In this document: positions 9,939 to 17,056 of the stretch, piece after piece | Position numbering within the stretch: position 1 is the stretch's first letter | Layout: every line of letters starts with the position of its first letter | Assembly: GCA_002189035.1 (NCBI GenBank) | Contig: NEEC01000236.1 | Coordinates: 1 to 17,056, forward strand | From: Utricularia gibba | Lineage: Eukaryota > Plantae > Magnoliophyta | Direction: 5' to 3' | Length of the DNA: 17,056 nt | Notes under the pieces: generated by a model | Databases searched by the model: none | What the model saw: only the letters and a program-made list of their open reading frames with translations | What the model was told of the DNA's origin: nothing | Made by a program: the position numbers and the translations under genes

Positions 9939-10369
9939 TGCACCCCACATGATTTTTTCAACAACTTACTTTATACTTGAGCAGGCGGTCTTTGGTGCAC
10001 CTGGAACGGGACAAAGGTAATGTTTGGCTTGCACCGAGAGTTAGTTGTAGTCCGGCAAATAAAGTGATGTATTTATTATCGTTCGGTTTTCGGGGGCTGC
10101 CTACATGGTTTTTCAAGGAACCGCTTCTCGTTTTGTGGCGGCCAGTCTCGCTGGGAACTTGGTCCTTGAGGTAATGTTTGGCTTGCACCGAGAGTTAGTC
10201 TAGTCCGGCAAATAAAGTGATGTATTTATTATCGTTCGGTTTTCGGGGGCTGCCTACATGGTTCTCGTTCAAACTTGGTCCTTGACCCCGATTCTGTATG
10301 GCTCATGAGGTCAACTGGATGCAAATCGATTAAAAAAAATGATGCATTTGTTTAAATTATGATGTCACG
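9939..10369 (+). repeat. Rearranged long monomer (431 nt) with an internal re-start duplicating about cons 91-185
   Basis: After GGTCCTTGA (10169) the sequence returns to GGTAATGTTTGG (10170), runs to CTACATGGTT (10263), then rejoins near cons 231. Confidence 0.85.
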
Positions 10370-11706
10370 TGCACCCCACATGATTTTTTCAACAACTTAC
10401 TTTATACTTGAGCAGGCGGTCTTTGGGTGCACCTGGAACGGGACAAAGGTAATGGTTTTGACCCCGACATGGCTTCAGTGAGGTCATTCTGTAGGCTCAT
10501 GCAACTGGATGCAAATCGATTAAAAAAAATGATGCATTTGTTTAAATTATGATGTCACGTGCACCCCACATGATTTTTTCAACAACTTACTTTATACTTG
10601 AGCAGGCGGTCTTTGGTGCACCTGGAACGGGACAAAGGTACCGCAGTGCAAGGGAGAGTCTAACTTGGTCCTTGACATTCTGTATGGCTCATGAGGTCAA
10701 CTGGATGCAAATCGATTAAAAAAATGATGCATTTGTTTAAATTATGATGTCACGTGCACCCCACATGATTTTTTCAACAACTTACTTTATACTTGAGCAG
10801 GCGGTCTTTGGGTGGAACACCCTCCGGCAAATAAAGTGATGTATTTCAAAGGTTCTCGTTTTGTGCGGCCAGTCTCGCTGGGAACTTGGTCCTTGACCCG
10901 ATTCTGTATGGCTCATGAGGTCAACTGGATGCAAATCGATTAAAAAAAATGATGCATTTGTTTAAATTATGATGTCACGTGCACCCCACATGATTTTTTC
11001 AACAACTTACTTTATACTTGAGCAGGGTGGTGCTGTATTTGGCTTGCGCACGGGTTTTCGGACACAAGGAACCGCTTCTCGTTTTTGGCGGCCAGTCTCG
11101 CTGGGAACTTGGTCCTTGACCCCGATTCTGTATGGCTCATGAGGTCAACTGGATGCAAATCGATTAAAAAAAATGATGCATTTGTTTAAATTATGATGTC
11201 ACGTGCACCCCACATGATTTTTTCAACAACTTACTTTATACTTGAGCAGGCGGTCTTTGGGTGCACCTGGAACGGGACAAAGGTAATGTTTGGCTTGCAC
11301 CGAGAGTTAGTTGTAGTCCGGCAAATAAAGTGATGTATTTATTATCGTTCGGTTTTCGGGGGCTGCCTACATGGTTTTTCAAGGAACCTTGCTTCGCTCC
11401 CTTGATTCTGTATGGCTCATGAGGTCAACTGGATGCAAATCGATTAAAAAAAATGATTTGCACGTGGGTTTAAATGTTTGGCTTGCACCGAGAGTTAGTT
11501 GTAGTCGGCAAATAAAGTGATGTATTTATTATCGTTCGGTTTTCGGGGGCTGCCTACATGGTTTTTCAAGGAACCGCTTCTCGTTTTGTGGCGGCCAGTC
11601 TCGCTGGGAACTTGGTCCTTGACCCCGATTCTGTATGGCTCATGAGGTCAACTGGATGCAAATCGATTAAAAAAAATGATGCATTTGTTTAAATTATGAT
11701 GTCACG
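10370..11706 (+). repeat. Cluster of consecutive shortened or garbled monomers
   Basis: Anchor spacings are 190, 195, 225 and 224, then 503 spanning two damaged units. Missing parts are replaced by short jumbled unit-derived sequence. Confidence 0.87.
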
Positions 11707-12021
11707 TGCACCCCACATGATTTTTTCAACAACTTACTTTATACTTGAGCAGGCGGTCTTTGGGTGCACCTGGAACGGGACAAAGGTAATGTTTGGCTTG
11801 CACCGAGAGTTAGTTGTAGTCCGGCAAATAAAGTGATGTATTTATTATCGTTCGGTTTTCGGGGCTGCCTACATGGTTTTTCAAGGAACCGCTTCTCGTT
11901 TTGTGGCGGCCAGTCTCGCTGGGAACTTGGTCCTTGACCCCGATTCTGTATGGCTCATGAGGTCAACTGGATGCAAATCGATTAAAAAAAATGATGCATT
12001 TGTTTAAATTATGATGTCACG

Positions 12022-12215
12022 TGCACCCCACATGATTTTTTCAACAACTTACTTTATACTTGAGCAGGCGGTCTTTGGGTGCACCTGGAACGGGACAAAG
12101 GTAATGTTTGGCTTGCACCGAGAAGTTCTCGTTTTGTGGCGGCCAGTCTCGCTGGGAACTTGTCCTTGGATTCAATGAGGTAAATGTGATGATGCATTTA
12201 AATTATGATGTCACG
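12022..12215 (+). repeat. Truncated monomer (194 nt)
   Basis: CACCGAGA joins AGTTCTCGTTTT (about cons 115-199 missing), and the 3' part is garbled (GGATTCAATGAGGTAAATGTGATGATGCATTTAAATT). Confidence 0.85.
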
Positions 12216-15200
12216 TGCACCCCACATGATTTTTTCAACAACTTACTTTATACTTGAGCAGGCGGTCTTTGGGTGCACCTGGAACGGGACAAAGGTAATG
12301 TTTGGCTTGCACCGAGAGTTAGTTGTAGTCCGGCAAATAAAGTGATGTATTTATTATCGTTCGGTTTTCGGGGCTGCCTACATGGTTTTTCAAGGAACCG
12401 CTTCTCGTTTTGTGGCGGCCAGTCTCGCTGGAACTTGGTCCTTGACCCCGATTCTGTATGGCTCATGAGGTCAACTGGATGCAAATCGATTAAAAAAAAT
12501 GATGCATTTGTTTAAATTATGATGTCACGTGCACCCCACATGATTTTTTCAACAACTTACTTTATACTTGAGCAGGCGGTCTTTGGGTGCACCTGGAACG
12601 GGACAAAGGTAATGTTTGGCTTGCACCGAGAGTTAGTTGTAGTCCGGCAAATAAAGTGATGTATTTATTATCGTTCGGTTTTCGGGGGCTGCCTACATGG
12701 TTTTTCAAGGAACCGCTTCTCGTTTTGTGGCGGCCAGTCTCGCTGGGAACTTGGTCCTTGACCCGATTCTGTATGGCTCATGAGGTCAACTGGATGCAAA
12801 TCGATTAAAAAAAATGATGCATTTGTTTAAATTATGATGTCACGTGCACCCCACATGATTTTTTCAACAACTTACTTTATACTTGAGCAGGCGGTCTTTG
12901 GGTGCACCTGGAACGGGACAAAGGTAATGTTTGGCTTGCACCGAGAGTTAGTTGTAGTCCGGCAAATAAAGTGATGTATTTATTATCGTTCGGTTTTCGG
13001 GGGCTGCCTACATGGTTTTTCAAGGAACCGCTTCTCGTTTTGTGGCGGCCAGTCTCGCTGGGAACTTGGTCCTTGACCCCGATTCTGTATGGCTCATGAG
13101 GTCAACTGGATGCAAATCGATTAAAAAAAATGATGCATTTGTTTAAATTATGATGTCACGTGCACCCCACATGATTTTTTCAACAACTTACTTTATACTT
13201 GAGCAGGCGGTCTTTGGGTGCACCTGGAACGGGACAAAGGTAATGTTTGGCTTGCACGAGAGTTAGTTGTAGTCCGGCAAATAAAGTGATGTATTTATTA
13301 TCGTTCGGTTTTCGGGGGCTGCCTACATGGTTTTTCAAGGAACCGCTTCTCGTTTTGTGGCGGCCAGTCTCGCTGGGAACTTGGTCCTTGACCCCGATTC
13401 TGTATGGCTCATGAGGTCAACTGGATGCAAATCGATTAAAAAAAATGATGCATTTGTTTAAATTATGATGTCACGTGCACCCCACATGATTTTTTCAACA
13501 ACTTACTTTATACTTGAGCAGGCGGTCTTTGGGTGCACCTGGAACGGGACAAAGGTAATGTTTGGCTTGCACCGAGAGTTAGTTGTAGTCCGGCAAATAA
13601 AGTGATGTATTTATTATCGTTCGGTTTTCGGGGGCTGCCTACATGGTTTTTCAAGGAACCGCTTCTCGTTTTGTGGCGGCCAGTCTCGCTGGGAACTTGG
13701 TCCTTGACCCCGATTCTGTATGGCTCATGAGGTCAACTGGATGCAAATCGATTAAAAAAAATGATGCATTTGTTTAAATTATGATGTCACGTGCACCCCA
13801 CATGATTTTTTCAACAACTTACTTTATACTTGAGCAGGCGGTCTTTGGGTGCACCTGGAACGGACAAAGGTAATGTTTGGCTTGCACCGAGAGTTAGTTG
13901 TAGTCCGGCAAATAAAGTGATGTATTTATTATCGTTCGGTTTTCGGGGCTGCCTACATGGTTTTTCAAGGAACCGCTTCTCGTTTTGTGGCGGCCAGTCT
14001 CGCTGGGAACTTGGTCCTTTCTCTGTATGGGCTCATGAGGTCAACTGGATGCAAATCGATTAAAAAAAATGATGCATTTGGATGTCACGTGCACCCCACA
14101 TGATTTTTTCAACAACTTACTTTATACTTGAGCAGGCGGTCTTTGGGTGCACCTGGAACGGGACAAAGGTAATGTTTGGCTTGCACCGAGAGTTAGTTGT
14201 AGTCCGGCAAATAAAGTGATGTATTTATTATCGTTCGGTTTTCGGGGCTGCCTACATGGTTTTTCAAGGAACCGCTTCTCGTTTTGTGGCGGCCAGTCTC
14301 GCTGGGAACTTGGTCCTTGACCCCGATTCTGTATGGCTCATGAGGTCAACTGGATGCAAATCGATTAAAAAAAATGATGCATTTGTTTAAATTATGATGT
14401 CACGTGCACCCCACATGATTTTTTCAACAACTTACTTTATACTTGAGCAGGCGGTCTTTGGGTGCACCTGGAACGGGACAAAGGTAATGTTTGGCTTGCA
14501 CCGAGAGTTAGTTGTAGTCCCCGTTCGGTTTTCGGGGGCTGCCTACATGGTTTTTCAAGGAACCGCTTCTCGTTTTGTGGCGGCCAGTCTCGCTGGGAAC
14601 TTGGTCCTTGACCCGATTCTGTATGGCTCATGAGGTCAACTGGATGCAAATCGATTAAAAAAAATGATGCATTTGTTTAAATTATGATGTCACGTGCACC
14701 CCACATGATTTTTTCAACAACTTACTTTATACTTGAGCAGGCGTCTTTGGGTGCACCTGGAACGGACAAAGGTAATGTTTGGCTTGCACCGAGAGTTAGT
14801 TGTAGTCCGGCAAATAAAGTGATGTATTTATTATCGTTCGGTTTTCGGGGCTGCCTACATGGTTTTTCAAGGAACCGCTTCTCGTTTTGTGGCCAGTCTC
14901 GCTGGGAACTTGGTCCTTGACCCGATTCTGTATGGCTCATGAGGTCAACTGGATGCAAATCGATTAAAAAAAATGATGCATTTGTTTAAATTATGATGTC
15001 ACGTGCACCCCACATGATTTTTTCAACAACTTACTTTATACTTGAGCAGGCGGTCTTTGGGTGCACCTGGAACGGGACAAAGGTAATGTTTGGCTTGCAC
15101 CGAGAGTTAGTTGTAGTCCGGCAAATAAAGTGATGTATTTATTATCGTTCGGTTTTCGGGGCTGCCTACATGGTTTTTCAAGGAACCGCTTCTCGTTTTG

Positions 15201-17056
15201 TGGCGGCCAGTCTCGCTGGGAACTTGGTCCTTGACCCCGATTCTGTATGGCTCATGAGGTCAACTGGATGCAAATCGATTAAAAAAAATGATGCATTTGT
15301 TTAAATTATGATGTCACGTGCACCCCACATGATTTTTTCAACAACTTACTTTATACTTGAGCAGGCGGTCTTTGGGTGCACCTGGAACGGGACAAAGGTA
15401 ATGTTTGGCTTGCACCGAGAGTTAGTTGTAGTCCGGCAAATAAAGTGATGTATTTATTATCGTTCGGTTTTCGGGCTGCCTACATGGTTTTTCAAGGAAC
15501 CGCTTCTCGTTTTGTGGCGGCCAGTCTCGCTGGAACTTGGTCCTTGACCCCGATTCTGTATGGCTCATGAGGTCAACTGGATGCAAATCGATTAAAAAAA
15601 ATGATGCATTTGTTTAAATTATGATGTCACGTGCACCCACATGATTTTTTCAACAACTTACTTTATACTTGAGCAGCGGTCTTTGGGTGCACCTGGAACG
15701 GGACAAAGGTAATGTTTGGCTTGCACCGAGAGTTAGTTGTAGTCCGGCAAATAAAGTGATGTATTTATTATCATGGAACCGCTTCGTCGTTTTGGGGCTG
15801 CCTACATGGTTTTTCAAGGAACCGCTTCTCGTTTTGTGGCGGCCAGTCTCGCTGGGAACTTGGTCCTTGACCCCGAGTATGGCATGAGGTCAACTGGATG
15901 CAAATCGATTAAAAAAAATGATGCATTTGTTTAAATTATGATGTCACGTGCACCCCACATGATTTTTTCAACAACTTACTTTATACTTGAGCAGCGGTCT
16001 TTGGTGCACCTGAACGGGACAAGGTAATTTTGGCTTGCACCGAGAGTTAGTTGTAGTCCGGCAAATAAAGTGATGTATTTATTATCGTTCGGGGTGCCTA
16101 CATGGTTTTTCAAGGAACCGCTTTTTTGTGCGGCCAGTCTCGCTTTGGTCCTTGACCCGATTCTGTATGGCTCATGAGGTCAACTGGATGCAAATCGATT
16201 AAAAAAAATGATGCATTTGTTTAAATTATGATGTCACGTGCACCCCACATGATTTTTTCAACAACTTACTTTATACTTGAGCAGGCGGTCTTTGGGTGCA
16301 CCTGGAACGGGACAAAGGTAAGTTGGCTTGCACCGAGAGTTAGTTGTAGTCGGCAAATAAAGTGATGTATTTATTATCGTTCGGTTTTCGGGGGCTGCCT
16401 ACATGGTTTTTTCAAGGAACCGCTTCTCGTTTTGTGGCGGCCAGTCTCGCTGGGAACTTGGTCCTTGACCCGATTCTGTATGGCTCATGAGGTCAACTGG
16501 ATGCAAATCGATTAAAAAAAATGATGCATTTGTTTAAATTATGATGTCACGTGCACCCCACATGATTTTTTCAACAACTTACTTTATACTTGAGCAGGCG
16601 GTCTTTGGGTGCACCTGGAACGGGACAAAGGTAATGTTTGGCTTGCACCGAGAGTTAGTTGTAGTCGGCAAATAAAGTGATGTATTTATTATCGTTCGGT
16701 TTTCGGGGCTGCCTACATGGTTTTCAAGGAACCGCTTCTCGTTTTGTGGCGGCCAGTCTCGCTGGGAACTTGGTCCTTGACCCGATTCTGTATGGCTCAT
16801 GAGGTCAACTGGATGCAAATCGATTAAAAAAATGATGCATTTCTTTAAATTATGATGTCACGTGCACCCCACATGATTTTTTCAACAACTTACTTTTATA
16901 CTTGAGCAGGCGTCTTTGGTGCACCTGGAACGGGACAAAGGTAATGTTTGGCTTGCACCGAGAGTTAGTTGTAGTCCGGCAAATAAAGTGATGTATTTAT
17001 TATCGTTCGGTTTTCGGGGCTGCCTACATGGTTTTTCAAGGAACCGCTTCTCGTTT

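Larger units (their letters stand above)
1..17056 (+). repeat. Head-to-tail tandem array of a 316-bp unit, about 57 copies, filling the window (satellite-like array or rolling-circle concatemer)
   Basis: The anchor TGCACCC(C)ACATG recurs at 1, 308, 618, 929, 1233, 1546, 1859, 2167, 2478, 2785, 3085, 3395, 3708, 4020, 4333, 4649, 4964, 5276, 5591, 5905, 6209, 6462, 6773, 7085, 7397, 7710, 8268, 8566, 8732, 9044, 9358, 9672, 9939, 10370, 10560, 10755, 10980, 11204, 11707, 12022, 12216, 12530, 12845, 13161, 13476, 13792, 14090, 14405, 14695, 15004, 15319, 15632, 15949, 16239, 16552 and 16863. Two further junctions are garbled (near 8014 and 11461). All copies have the same orientation, and both window ends fall inside a unit. 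Confidence 0.99.

Noticed and set aside
39-16818. The repeated 60-102 aa ORFs in the track (…HLERDKGNVWLAPRVSCSPANKVMYLLSFGFR… on +, MHPVDLMS… on -)
   Set aside because: They are frameshift permutations of one repeat unit whose starts, ends and lengths depend on 1-nt deletions. I recognise no domain, and the error-free unit has stops in all six frames.
1-17056. CRISPR array
   Set aside because: There are no unique spacers. The whole 316 bp repeats, and no cas genes are present.

Overview
The whole 17,056-nt window is one head-to-tail tandem array of a single 316-bp unit (about 57 copies, all in the same orientation, no unique flank at either end). The consensus, read from the clean copy at 4321-4636, is 45% GC and T/G-skewed on the + strand (T101 G79 A74 C62). 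I recognise no gene, tRNA, rRNA, ribozyme, CRISPR array or mobile-element end in it. Every ORF in the supplied track is a frameshift permutation of the same few short frames of this unit, so I call no CDS. Copies differ almost only by 1-nt deletions in homopolymers or dimers, plus some truncated or scrambled copies (mainly 8.0-12.2 kb). Substitutions are nearly absent. This looks like long-read or consensus error on an essentially invariant template. The two readings I cannot separate from sequence alone are (a) a rolling-circle concatemer of a ~316-nt circular DNA/RNA or circularised fragment, and (b) a very homogeneous satellite, telomeric or organellar array. I do not see positive evidence for a new gene system. 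The unidentified 316-nt unit is the main thing worth following up. 'cons N' means position N in the unit; window coordinate = 4320+N in the reference copy.
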